From Zygnema circumcarinatum SAG 698-1b (taxonomy: Eukaryota > Plantae > Zygnematophyceae), in assembly GCA_037447605.1 (NCBI GenBank), contig CM074804.1:2418001-2482000 (forward strand): a DNA stretch of 64,000 nt, in the 5' to 3' direction. Shown piece by piece: positions 32,395-44,900 of this stretch. The first letter of the stretch is position 1. The number at the start of each line of letters is the position of its first letter. The notes below the pieces were generated by a model, which was not told the DNA's origin, did no database searches, and saw only the letters and a program-made list of their open reading frames with translations. The translations under genes and the position numbers were made by a program.

Positions 32395-35300
32395 GTGGGA
32401 GAGGTAGGTCCTTCAAGTGCCTCAAGCGCTTCAACGGTGTTAAGGGCTTCATGCCCTTAAGTCCTACAATGTCAATGGTTGTCAACGTTTCTCAGCACGC
32501 GTAGTGACGGACTTCTATAACATACATGCATAGTATATACATGTATAAGGCTTGAGATTGGGTTAAGGGCTTCCTGTTCTAGGGTCCATGTTCTTGGGTT
32601 CTTTAGTTGTAGAGGTCAATATAAATATACATACTTGTATATACAATGTATGCGGGAGATACCTGCAGCGGTGGGGGAGAAGGAGCGCGTGACGAGGTCT
32701 GCGCGCATGCGGGAGGGGGAGAGGCAGCTCAGGACGGAGGAGATGAGAGAGGGGTCCCACTCCGCGTGCACGTAGTCGCCGTAGATGGTATCGCGAGGGG
32801 GGTACAAGAGCATGTTGGCTGCAGAGGGGAGGGGAGAGGAGGGAAGGGGAGAGAAAGGAAAGAGAAGAAGATAATAAAAAAAAGTTGGTGCCTGCTCACG
32901 ATAGACTTCTATTTCTTTTGCTACCTAACACCACGCGCAGTGCGCTTCCGCGGCCTCCCTCCCTCCGTCCGTCCCTCCCCTCCATTTTCCATCCCTTCTG
33001 CTCTCCCGCTCCCCTCTTTCTCTCCCTCTCCCCCTCCCTCTCCCTCTGCCCCTCCTGCTCCCAGCTCCCACTCCCACTCCCGCTTCCCTCTCTCGCTCCC
33101 TCTCTCTCTCTCGCCGTATCCCTCCCCCCACTCACACGCGAGGCGCACTGTGAAGTCCTCCGCGGCCGCCTCCTCCTCGAAGCGGAACTCCATCTCGGAG
33201 GTCGCCTGCAGCTCTCTGAAGACCCACTCTTGGGGGCCCGCCCGCCGCAACATTGCGATGTACTCGTACAGGGCAGAGACAACCTCTAAAGCCTGCTCCC
33301 CCTCCGGAACAAAGGAAAGAGGACTTGCATTAGGTGCATAAAGAAATGAGTAAACTGTGATCACATACTCGCTTTTCCACTTAGAAAGAGAAACAAGGAA
33401 AGGAGGGCAACTCCCTCCATTACCACTCCTGCTCTCCCACGCGGACCAACAAGAAAAGGATAACAAGAATGAAAAAAGAGAATGAAAATGGAACAAACAC
33501 GAAAAAGGAAACGAAGCCAGCATGAAAAGCAAAACACAGAAGTTGGTCCGGATGCTCCATGTATTCAAAAAATGCCAATTACGACCTTTTCCTCCCCAGG
33601 GGCGGGAAATGACGGAGGAAGGGGGAAGGAGACATGGGGGGGGGAGAAGGGGAGGGGAAAGGAACTCAGACTATAAGCTTTGTAACGGTGCGGTGAGAGC
33701 ATAGACCGGGTGATTTCACCTGTTCCAGTCCTGCTTCAGTTAGGTTCACCGTCACAGCGAACACATATCCCAAAGTGCTTCGCTCGTATCCCGTCTCTCC
33801 CACTCCCGCAGAGAGGCCCGTGGCCAGTCCCCGCGCCTTGAGCAGAGCCAAAAGGCTCCCATCTCCCTCTACAGAAATAAATATTCCACAAACATCAACA
33901 AATTTCAAACATCAGAATGGAGAAGTTGCTCAATATTTCTCAGGTTTCGAGGAAAAAACTGCGAATTATGCGCACTGACTCGGCTTTTAGGGTTTCTTCA
34001 TTGACCTCAAATCTCGAAAATCCTTTTATTGCAGAAACCCGCGAAAGGAAGTGGATGTAAGAAAGGCTTACCGTGGCCTATTAGATGGGAGATGTAATCC
34101 TGCGGTTTTTTCTTGTACTCGTTATCGAGACAGGGGAGGGGCCAAGAGAGGGAGAGCTGATGCTGCTCCTTCACGGACTCTACTTTATGCAGTAATCCCT
34201 TCTCCCATATATCTAGATTCAAGGAATTGTCGATTTTTTCGACTCTGCCCGCTCTCACTTCCTTGAATATTTCACGCACCCACTCCTCTAAGACGTCGAG
34301 CGACTCTGTTTTCATACAGAAAAAAAAAGAGACAAATCAACACAACTAGAATTATAGAATGCACCCCCTAAATCGAAAAACAACCACTAACATACTGCGC
34401 CCTACCCCCTTTTTCCTCTCTCTATTCTATGGGCAATAGGAATTTAGGGTGGATTCTAGGGTTAGAGTAAGAGATTTAACCTCCTCCCAGAACGGCTAAT
34501 TTCATGGCTTCCCCCTTATAACGTTTTACGTAGAGCTCCATCAGCTTCTCTCTCATGTCCACTCCCGCTTTGGCGGATTCCTCACTTAAGCTCTTACGGT
34601 TCCCTGCAAATGCAAAGCAGAACGGAACGGATGGGAACGGCACAGAGTTCACAGATTCAGCTTTCTGAAACTCTTTCTTCTAGAAATAAAAGGTACAGAA
34701 TTAGCTACTTCGGCTTCATTCCTCATTGCAAATGCGACTAGTTGAAAACATTCATCAGATAAAAAAAAAATTGAACAACTCATGGTTATCTAGGGTTTCG
34801 AACTTTGGACATACGGATTCCTAAGGTGTAAAAAAACCTAGAATTCCCCAAGTTCAAGGGTAATGTGAGAACTTTGTGATATTTTTACAATCTCAGGGAT
34901 TTTAAGGCTACAAAAAGCCTGAGATTAGCGGCCTGAATTTGTTTTTAGCAATAAACTTGAAATTTTGGCAGCATAGAATGGGTACCCCATGAAAATTTGT
35001 GGAAGGGGTGGGAGGGGTGCGCTGTGCTGCATTGGAGCTGCTGGAGGCGACAGCTGTCACTCTGCAGCACCTGCTGGAATTCTGCAGGAAGAGCGGGAGG
35101 GAGGGAGGGAGGGGAGGGAGGTGAGGGAGAGGGGAGGGAGGTGAGGGAGGGAGGATGGAGGTAGGTGAGGGAGGGAGGTGAGGGAGGGAGGGAGGAGGGA
35201 AGGAGGGGGGAGGGGAGGGGGACAAAAAACTCAATTGGTTCAAGAGTCAAGCACGGGATGCTGGCCACATGTGACCTCAAACACTGTCATATGGAATCAT

Positions 35301-37425
35301 GAAAGGGTAGAAAAAGAGAACTGATACTGAGCGTCTCACCCGAATCAACTGCCTGCACTTCACGTTCCATGGCATCTTCTTTTGCCAACGGAGCGATGAA
35401 AAATTGCGCAAATCTGCACACAATTGCAGGTCATCTCTAGCTTAGCTCTAGAAAGGCACTTAGTTTTTCAGACGTTCTAAAGCTTGTAGGGCTTTTAGGG
35501 TTTGCGGATTTTTAGGGTTTGTGACGTTTTCAAGCTTTCAGGGTTATTGAAACGCACCTGTCGAGCGCGGGCTTCAAATGTGTGTGAGAGATATCAAAGT
35601 GGTAACACGTGTACTCAGTTTCCGTGAAAGCGTTTGAATGGCCTCCATGCTTCGACAGATAGGAGTCGTACTGCACGCTTGCATGGAAAGCGCGGGGGAG
35701 AGTGAGAGAAATAGAGAGAGAGAGGTGTGGAAAGGAGGGGGGGAGATTTGAGGGTCAAATTCGGAAAGGCTTGAAGAAAGGAATGCAGGAAAACTGGATT
35801 TTTTGCGTTGAATGAAGCTATGAAACATGGGCAAAGAAAAGAAAACTAACGATGGATGTAATGAAAAATGCTTCAAGAGAAACTCAGAAAATGAAAGCTT
35901 ACGTCATTTTCGTCTGGGTATTTCGCACTTCCCATGAAGAGCATGTGCTCTGTTTCAATTACCATTACCCGCAAAAACTCAGTTGTCAAGACTAGCATAA
36001 TTTCATGGGTGCTAAGCAACATCAAAACAATACGAGAAAACCGATGCATTATTATTTGAATGCTTCCGACTCAAATGCTTAAATATTGCGGGTTTAGAAA
36101 TAAGAAACTTTCCTAAAAAATGCGCCAACCCTTGGGCAGTTTCGGGATCGGAAAAACTTCCGACTTGAACACACATCGCAGCGGCCGCCTGTAACATTTG
36201 CAGAAATAGAGACCCTTGAATTAATGAATTCATTAATTATTCCCATGATGATTAATTACTTAATTAATGTAGTTAAAATAAAGAGCCATTCATTTGGTGT
36301 GATTTATCTAAAAAACATAAGCGATTCCAATTACATTTCAACTCTCTCGTTTTGTGATACTCTTCAATCTCGAGCGTCCAAACTGCTGCTTCTGTATCAG
36401 AGTTAATCATGCTATGCATGCTCTTGCAGCGAGACTAATGGCAACCCTTACGCATGCCCCATCTCTAAACTTAACTTCTATTGCCCCCGCATCCCCTTAC
36501 CAATCATGAAGCGCCAATGGCTGCTCCGATGCCAACTTCAATCCTAAATTTCTTCTCCAGCATCAAACCTGACCTTGATTTAGGCCTCCGAGCAAATAAA
36601 CCTTTTTGAATTAATCCCAATATCTGCTCTAGCATGAACTCTAACCCTATTCAACCCTAGTTACTGCGAAAAAATCAACTTTAACCAGGTTTGACCTTGA
36701 CTCCAACCTTAAATTCAACCAGCTCCAGCATCTGAACCCTAATTTAGACCTAATTCAAGCATCATCATCATTCTATATACCTTCTTTGTTTCTCCAACAT
36801 TCCCATTCTTCCTTCCTCCGTCTCCGTCCTCCTCCTCCTCCTCCTCTGCCTCCTCCTCGTCATCATCCTCATCATATTCGTCATCCTCCTCCTCCTCTTC
36901 GTCCTCCTCCTCCTCCTCCTCCTCCTCCTCCTCCTCCTCCTCCTCTCTCCTAACCCCTCTCCCTCCCCTCCTCCTCACTGCACTCCCTCTCTCCCTCCTG
37001 ACATTCGCGCCTACCGCTCGACGACGAATCTCTCCTCCTGCCGCCCTGGCCACACCTCCCTCCTCATCGCTGGCTGTCTCCCACTCACTCCCATCCCCAT
37101 CCTCCTCTCCCTCCACCTCCTCCTCCCCATTTCCCCCTCCCTCTCTCTCTCCCCCACTCTCCCTCTCTCCCTCTCCTCCTCCCTCTCCTTCTCCCTCTCC
37201 CACATGGCTTCCCGTGAGCATCTGCGCTATGTCCGGATCATGCACAAGCAAGGCCTGGAGACCGTTCTCCAATACGACAAAGCGGTACGCCCTCTTGTCT
37301 TCCACTGACTTCACTACCTCCACTCCCTCCACCTCCACCCACTCTCTCTCCTCTCCACCTCCTCCCCCTCCCACCGCTGCTCGTCCCGCTACCCCTGCAA
37401 CTGCTGCTTCTGCGTCCGCAGCCAT
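28829..37425 (-). CDS. Nardilysin-like M16A (insulinase family) zinc metallopeptidase, ~19 exons
   Basis: VVKSVEDKRAYRFVVLENGLQALLVHDPDI, a long acidic insert typical of nardilysin, then KKAAAAMCVQVGSFSDPETAQGLAHFLEHMLFMGSAKYPDEN (HxxEH), YLSKHGGHSNAFTETEYT, GHEGDGSLLALLKARG, LWYKLDDVFKTPRA, EEPFYDQLRTKEQLGYRV, and RRKLTVQVWG. Ends FPAFS* at 28829. An upstream in-frame ATG exists at 37662. Confidence 0.92.
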
Positions 37426-39681
37426 GGCTGCCAGCTGTCGCGCTCTCCTACCTGAACGCGGGAGAGACGGAGAGGTGAGAGAGGGGGAGGAGGAGGGAGA
37501 GCAGGTATGGATTGCAGAAGAGGGTTGAGGAAAGCCTCCTTTAGGGTTAGGGTTTAAGCTTAAAACGGGGCACAAACGATGCAGCGAGTTGGGCGGGTTC
37601 AGAGGCAGAGTTGCACGGCAGCAGAGGTCGGGAAAAGGCCTTAGAATAGGAAGAGCAGGCATCAGACTTCTACGCCTCGCGCGTAAGCGCGCTGCATTGC
37701 TCGCAGAAATTCGACCCGCTCAGGGCTTCAGGGAGTTAGGGTTTTCAATTTAGGGGTCGCCCAACCTCGCGTTCGCCGCGCGATGCAGTTCAGTCAGTCA
37801 ATTCGCTATGCTCCGTCGGCGCCTTACGGCCCATGCAGTACGATGGGGCTTTTTCTGCCTTTTTTAGGTCCCCAGGTTCTTTGTGAGCGGTTGGTTCCTC
37901 GCGGTTCTCCATGTTGGTGTTGTCCGCGTGCCTTTGATGGCATCGCCATCGCGAGGCCAATGCCAATTCACTCGTCTCATTTGCGGTTGACTTCGATAAA
38001 CTCACACAGTCAAGTTGCCATCCTGTCAAGCTGTCCGGTTGCCTACCTCGGCAGCACTGGCGAAGTTGGCATGCAGGTGCCGCTTCTCGTTGCACCAGGA
38101 AGGGCTGCATTTTTTACAGTGGTAGGATCAATGCCGAGGAGATTCTGGGACAGAAAAAAACGATCCATATGAAAATGTGAATCTTGCGATTCTGGGATGT
38201 GCGGTTTTGCAGAGGAAAAGGATTGATTCAGTAGTGTAGCAGACGTCAGTGTCGAGGTGAAGGACGTTTTTACGACGACTAATCTTTGAGGATTTCCTGG
38301 GATGGTTTCCCCATCAAGTAAGGTTATACTCTTGTGATTGCCTGATGATAGAATCTACCCATTTAAGACATACAAGTGAGGGATGGAGAAACCCTTAACA
38401 ACAACTTATTTCTGGTCGTGCATTGAGTGTGGTAGATCTGCATCGTTTTCAAGTTTCTGCAGAAACTGTAGTTGCAGCTGCTTCATAGTTTTCATGGATT
38501 TGTCTGAAGCTATTTTACTCTGATCTCTGCAGGTGCTTGCTCTGCTAGAGCAGCGCCCAGCCTCTGCCGGATGTGTGGCTCCTCCCATTCAGCTGACTGC
38601 AGCTGAGTGGCAGCGGCTGGAGCTAATTCGCTTGTTAGGGCCATGAGAGGGGCACTTGCAGCTGTCCATAAGGGCAAGAAATTGAATGGTGGTGAGCATA
38701 TCCACTGCCTCTTGACTTGAATAATCCGTGTCACTGGTCGTAGTCAGCTTACGGCGACTAAGAGCATGGAGGGAAAGGTGACAAGTTTGATCATGCTATT
38801 GTCTTAGATTGAGCGCTATCGGACCCTTTTTTTTTTTGCAAGCATCGTACCAAGGGCTGGCAGCTATGTCCTCCCACTATAGTCGCCACTATAGTGGATG
38901 TCAACGATTGCCCCTGAGAAAAGTAAGACGCCTCTGTTTCTAAGAGCTGTTCACCATTGAAAGCCCTGATGGATGAAAAGCGTGTCTGGCCCTCTGCCTC
39001 ACAGGGAGAGCAGAAAACTTCAATAAGGAAACTACTAGTACTGTTCGGAGAAAGGCAATTTGCAGCAGACAGCACAACACAAGAAGTCAGACGAAATGAA
39101 TGCATGCTTTATTAAACAATGCCAATAAATCCAATAGTCACCTTCCGAAGGTTTTGACGACCACTTATTGTCGAAATCCCCCTCTCTCAAATTGTTGTCA
39201 TCATGGAAAAACAGGAAAAGTTCCTCCATCGTGTACGGCAAAGTACTTTTCCCAGTCAACTAAAAACTTAAAGCCAAACATGTGTCAGCAGTTCGAGGTC
39301 GACGTTTAGGGGCTTGGCCACATGCAGCTTATATTTGCTATTGCCTTAGAAGGGAAGGATGTGGAATTGATCTCACAATGGCGATGCCATTAAGCGAACA
39401 TGGATGTAACCCTTAGAAGGGTTACATGCTCAAACTGCTCTGCTAGTTCATTCGCTTCGTCTAAGCTTCTCTATTAGGAAAACTTGCCAGACTACATGCT
39501 CCTTGTTTCCGTGGTTTAACCCCTTGGTACTTCTGCTTAGTTACCAAACCAGTTTCGTTACAGTTTTTGAATCCTTCTGACGGACATGATGGCAGTGTAC
39601 AAAAATTTCTAGCGAGCCAATGTTGTCGTAATAGACTGCCTATGGCATAAAAAGAAAGACGTCAGGTGTCTGAGCGTGTGA

Positions 39682-40869
39682 TCACTCTTTTCTAATCGGT
39701 CTATTTCGAGTTCCTTCTTGTTTCGATTCCTGGAACTTAACTTTGAATTCCTCGAATTCCTCCATTGTTGTTGGCAGCGGTCTATTGTTTTCCTTGCACT
39801 CTTCCATCATTTTTTCCACCTGGTGAAGACCTCAAAACTAGAAGTCAGCAAAAACTCTCCAGGTATTGCTGCCTACACCCCATCGACTCTCGCTTTCACT
39901 TTTTTCAGCCACCAATATTCAAATGGATAAGAGCATCTGACCCTACTTTGAGAAGCAAAAAATATCGAACATATACCACACTGTCTACAATCTGTGGAGG
40001 GTCGATTGAGATTCTGTTCCATGGACCCCGACGATTTCGACGTTTTTCTTTAAAAAGCCGTTTCTTCAACGGTTTAGACTAAAGCATGAACCACTGGTAT
40101 GAGTTCACGTAACTTACATCGTTTTTTGCCTCTTGTCTCATCTTGTATCGGAACAACAGGCCAGCAAAAACAGCTGATCCAGCGGTGAGGACGGCTGCAA
40201 AAACACGAACAATGAAAGAAGTAAACTTTGGAATCCCTTTTGGGGTTGCAAGGGAGTATTTATGTCAAGCTTAATGTGGGACAAGTTCGTCCATGATGAT
40301 TCTAACTAACAGACTTTGTTGGTTCAACGTGTCTCATAGTAAGTTTGGTGCTTTCCATGTCAAGCTGCAAGGCTGAAGGAATAGTCTTCACGAGGTCAGC
40401 AGAACAAGAGCCTACTTTATCGCTCAAATTCTCCATACACGAACTCTTCTTGCATCAAACTGCCATCAAAAGGAGGGGGAAGTTGTTTAATAATGACAAT
40501 ACTAAATTCGTCACAGTCCTCAGTTTTTCTCTATCTTTGCATAGGAAAGGCAGGGAAAGGCAATGTACCGATTCCAACAGACTGAACGACCGTCACCCAG
40601 TATCCATCGTTTCCTGTTGCTGCTCTCACCACAACCGAATCTCTCCGCTTTAGCCTCGTTCTTTGTGGCAATACTCCCTCCCCCCTTAGGCAATGAGAAA
40701 ATAAACTGCTCTTGAGTTCCACAGGGCCCCTCCGATGAGGAGTTCCGCAGGCCATTCCGTTGCGTTGCAACATGCCAGCAGGCGGTAGCACCCGCCCAGA
40801 ATCTCCCCTCCCTCGCGAAGGGAGGCTGCAGAATGGGCCATGGCTGAGAGAAGACGAGGGGGCAGCCAT
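39682..40869 (-). CDS. Hypothetical plastid-targeted single-TM protein, ~171 aa; 3 exons (40869-40569, 40194-40118, 39819-39682)
   Basis: Ser/Arg-rich N-terminus ending VVVRAA resembles a transit peptide. It is followed by the hydrophobic segment YWVTVVQSVGIAVLTAGSAVFAGLLF and the charged tail RYKMRQEAKNDVEKMMEECKENNRPLPTTMEEFEEFKVKFQESKQEGTRNRPIRKE*. Splice phases (1, 0) match with GT-AG. Confidence 0.62.
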
Positions 40870-41534
40870 GGCCAGCGCCTCGCCTCCCGCCTGTGCAGGG
40901 TTTAGGGTTCTCAGGGCCTTAGGGTTCAGGGAAAGTTCAACTTGCGCATTCCCACCTACACCCCGGATCCACCGAAATCGGTTCAACTTTTCCTTTTTGG
41001 ATAAGGGTCAGTCCGGCAGGTCCACAACAGTCTCAAAACGGCAGCGGAAGGGCACACTATACGACAAAATGTGCCGCCCATCCGGCCAGCTGCTCAAGCC
41101 TCCCGTCCGTACGATTGAAGGTTCGCATGTCGCGTCGCAGTCCGATTGGCTGGCGCAAGATATGTAGTGTGCCGCGAGGGCAAAAGAGGACTTGCGTACG
41201 CGCACACGCAACGTTCCATGAGTGGGTTCCTTAACGGCCCGTAACGGGCCACGGAGGACGAGTCGCTTTGCAGAAGAAAACGCAGGCTCCGTCAGAAACC
41301 ACGTTTTCCAATCAGAGCGCGCCACGTGGCCGATTTAGACCGCTTTCACTTCGTTTCTTCGTCTGTGCGCTGATATGTGCGTACATATTTGGAACCTGTA
41401 CGGATGAGCGCCAACGTGGCAGTCGCACGCTGGCGGATCTTTGCTAGCCACGTGGCGGCACGCAAATGGTCGGAACGACGTTACGGCGCCTCCGAAAAAT
41501 TGTTTTTGTTACGGTCTCAACGTCAACTTGACAA

Positions 41535-41574
41535 CCACGTTGGCACCACGTTGGCGCCACGTTGGCGCCACGTG
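41535..41574. repeat. 11-bp tandem (CCACGTTGGCR) x3.5, G-box-like
   Basis: ccacgttggca ccacgttggcg ccacgttggcg ccacgtg, upstream of the orphan gene. Confidence 0.85.
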
Positions 41575-41944
41575 AAGATGAAACCGACCCTGTTAAAATG
41601 AGTTCACATGTCCAACAACAACAACAACACCATCACCACCACGACCACCGCGACCCCTCAAGTTGTGAGCCGTCGCGCGTGTTATTCCTTTGGCCAGCCG
41701 CCGCCCTCCCTATCACCTCCCTTCCAGTCGTCTCAAGAATGAAGTGAAGGGTCAAAATTGTCGCCTCAGACGGCAGGGGCTGTCCCATAGTTACAAGGGG
41801 CAACATGGCCTCGTTTCTCCCACTCTCGCTCTCTCCATTTGTATCTACACCACCGACCTTCTCTTCCCGACTATGCCAAAAGCCTAACCCAAATCCCAAA
41901 ACCCAGAGCCCGAAATCGTAAATTCAAAACCCAGAACCCTAGCC

Positions 41945-44900
41945 CTACACGAACCCGAAGCCCTGCACGGTGTGCTCCTCCGTGACTGCGAGCAGGCGCG
42001 CGCGCATGAGCGCATAGTTGGGGTACGGCGGGAGCAGGAGCTGCTGGAAACACGTGTGGGCCGTGGGGAGGTGGCTCACGTCCGTGTGGGCCAAGTGAAT
42101 GTGAAATCTGGAAAAGATGAAAAAATAATCAATAAAGCTAAAAAAAAAAAGAAAAAACAAAACAAAACAAAAAAACTGAAAATGAAGAAGAGAAAGGGAC
42201 TCGTCAACTTCTAAGGGTGTCTACAGATTCTTCAGTGAATTTTTTGGGAGTGGTTCGGTTAGGGTTGATGGAACCTGATTTTTAAGCTAATTTTGACATA
42301 CGTTCCACCTGATTTGACCTCTTTGATCCCAAATTTGACCAAAATTTAACCCAACCTCGACCTAATTTTGACTTGACTTTAACCCTATTTTTAACCTCAC
42401 ATTCTGCTCACTCACCTTGAAGGAAGCCCCCCAAATCCCTCCGGCGGGAGTCGAACAATAGCCGTCGCAAAGTAGAGCAGTTGGCGGCGCTGATGGGGAC
42501 TCATGTCAGTAACCACGCGCCAAAAAAGTAACACCTGTCACACCGCTCACATGTACACAACAGTTCCACTGTCAGTTTCTCTCAACGGGACGGAAATCCC
42601 CTTACATACAACCCCTCTCCTGCCCATTTCACGTAACATAACGAACCCTTAAAGACCACGAAACCCTAAAGCCCTCAAAAACCCTAAACAGCCCTCAGAT
42701 CCTGAAGCCATATTGGCGCATCCAAGCAACTCAAGGCCTTGAATCCATCCAAACCCCTGAAACTGAACCCTTGCAACTCACACGCGCCTGCAACCCTAAA
42801 CCCTAAACCCTAAAGCCTAAACCCTCAACCCTATACCCTAAATATCAACCTCGGGGTCCGACGTGCGGTAGCCGTGGTAGTCCGTGTGCGCCTCCCAGTC
42901 CGCCACGTCGATGTCCCTCTCCTCTCCGTACAGCATGGCTTCCAAATCCGTTGGGTCCAACGGTTTCAGGAACTGCGGCAACGCCATTCCATGCTCGATC
43001 AGGTCCGACCACCCCGAGGCGAAGGCTTCCGCTTGCGCGAAAATCGGAGTCACTAATTTTCTCTTCACCAAGAGGTCGACAAAACGCCGCCGATTTGTGC
43101 TTGTCACCTAAAGAAAGAAAGAGAGGGATAGAGACAGAGAGAGAGAGAATGAGGGGGTGAAAAATCACTGAATATGAAGTGAATAAGGTATTTAATTTGA
43201 AGGGTTTTTAGGGTTGAAGATACTGAGTTTATGGCAAACTTTAGGGTTTAGAGATTTTAGGTTTTACCTTGACGAACATGTGAGCGATGTGGAAGAAGAA
43301 CTAGGACTAAAACTACCCTTTAAATGACGCGTGATTAAAACTTACGCTTTTGGCCTTCAAATGTTTTCCTCCCTTCTGCCCCCTTCTCTCTCTTTTTTTT
43401 TTTTTTCTTTTTTTACCATTCAGAATTCTATTTACCTTAATGGACTGCCCGTCCGGACAGAGTTCGACAATTTTCTTTTCGCCGAACTCCTCCACTGTGC
43501 AGGTGAAGGTGAGAGCGAGCACGTCAGCGTCCACGTCAGCAGCAGGCAGGTCAATGATAGCGCGACAGCTGGCGTGCAGCTCGGGATCCATGTCCTCCGC
43601 ATCCTCCCATGTCACGTCACGCCCCGCCAGCAGCTTGAAAAACGCGCGTGACAGCGTCACGTTCATGTACAGCCGGTGGAGGAGAGCCAACCCGACCACT
43701 GTGCCGAGAGAGGGGAGGGTTTTAGGGTTCAGGGTTTTAGGAGTTTAGGGGTTGGCCAATTCAGGGAACTTGGGCTCCAAAGTTTCCGAACTTTCAAAAG
43801 GTGCAGACAATAGCTAAATCACCTCAGGTTGTTTGGGTTTTTCAGACTTTGAGGGTTTTAGGGTTTCACCTCTTCCGGCGAACTTGAAGTACATGAGATG
43901 CCCCGGATTCACCCCCGACATCGGCGAGGGCGCGTACCGGCGGTGGTCGGTCGGACAGCTTTGGAACAGGGCGTGCTGCACGCTGAAGAGCTCCTTCCCG
44001 ACCAGCATGAACCTGCACATCACCTCCGCGGGCACGTTTAAGAAACAAGTAAAAAAAAGTTCAATCTTTTGCAATGAACGAGGGACACCCCAATTCAGGC
44101 AACACTTCGAAGAACGGAACTCCACACGAATAAAAACCGCTCAGGAATTTTAAAGAATTTCAGGGGAGGGGGAATCCCACCTCCCCCCTCCCCCATCCCT
44201 CCCCCGTCCCCTAGCTTCCCCGCTCTCTCTCACACCCCCCTCCCTCCGCCTTTCCCTCGCCCCCGCTCCCTCCCCCACCCCCTCACCCTTACCCCCTCCC
44301 CCCCCCCTCCCCCTCGCGCGCCTCCCTTCCCCCTCCCCCCATTCCCCTCCCCCCCCGATGCCTCNNNNNNNNNNCCTCCCTCCCCCCCTCCCTCCCTCCC
44401 CCGTCCCCAGGGTGAAGCGGGTGGGCGCGCACCACTCCCGGAGCACGCCCCCCCCCGCGCCCTCCTCGTGCGCGAAGCGGACGAGCAGGCCCTCCTTGAG
44501 CGCCTCCGCGTGCGCGTACCCGACCGCCTCCAGCGACGCGCGGAGGAGCGCGGGGCCGCGCTCCACCTGCAACTACCGCCACAATACACTCCGCGCGTGT
44601 GAACGGGAAAAATACGGAGAAAGGAAAGGTGGTTTTTAGGGTTTAAAAAAAAAAAAAAAAAAAAGTGGGAGAACGAGAGAGTGGGAGAGAGAGAGAGAGA
44701 AAGGGAGAGGGAGGGAGGCGGCACCTGTATGCTGTGGCGATCTGAGTGATAGTCTGCCGGCTGCGGAAGTAAAGCCAAAACCCATCTCCGCTTCACAGAG
44801 TACTCCAAAAGGTCTCTGCTTTTTCCTCCCGCCAAGAATTCAAAATCATCAAAAATAATCAAGTAAAAGGAAAACACTTGATTGTAGCTCAAACAGATTG

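Noticed and set aside
39404-39427. Hairpin ATGTAACCCTT-AG-AAGGGTTACAT, and CCACTATAGT duplication at ~38875
   Set aside because: Isolated short structures that are plausible by chance. Not a bacterial-type terminator context.
39682-39819. Resemblance of RPLPTTMEEF to the KPLPKNM segment of plant SEC-C motif proteins
   Set aside because: No downstream CPCGSxKKYKxCC zinc motif was found, and the exon ends in a stop.
41562-41887. Short ORFs with QQQQQHHHHH
   Set aside because: They are a CAA/CAC microsatellite downstream of the UPL5 stop on the opposite strand, with no splice or homology support.
42445-42470. GTTCGACTCCC on the minus strand, resembling a tRNA T-loop
   Set aside because: It lies inside a HECT-coding exon (IVRLPPEGFG) and has no cloverleaf.
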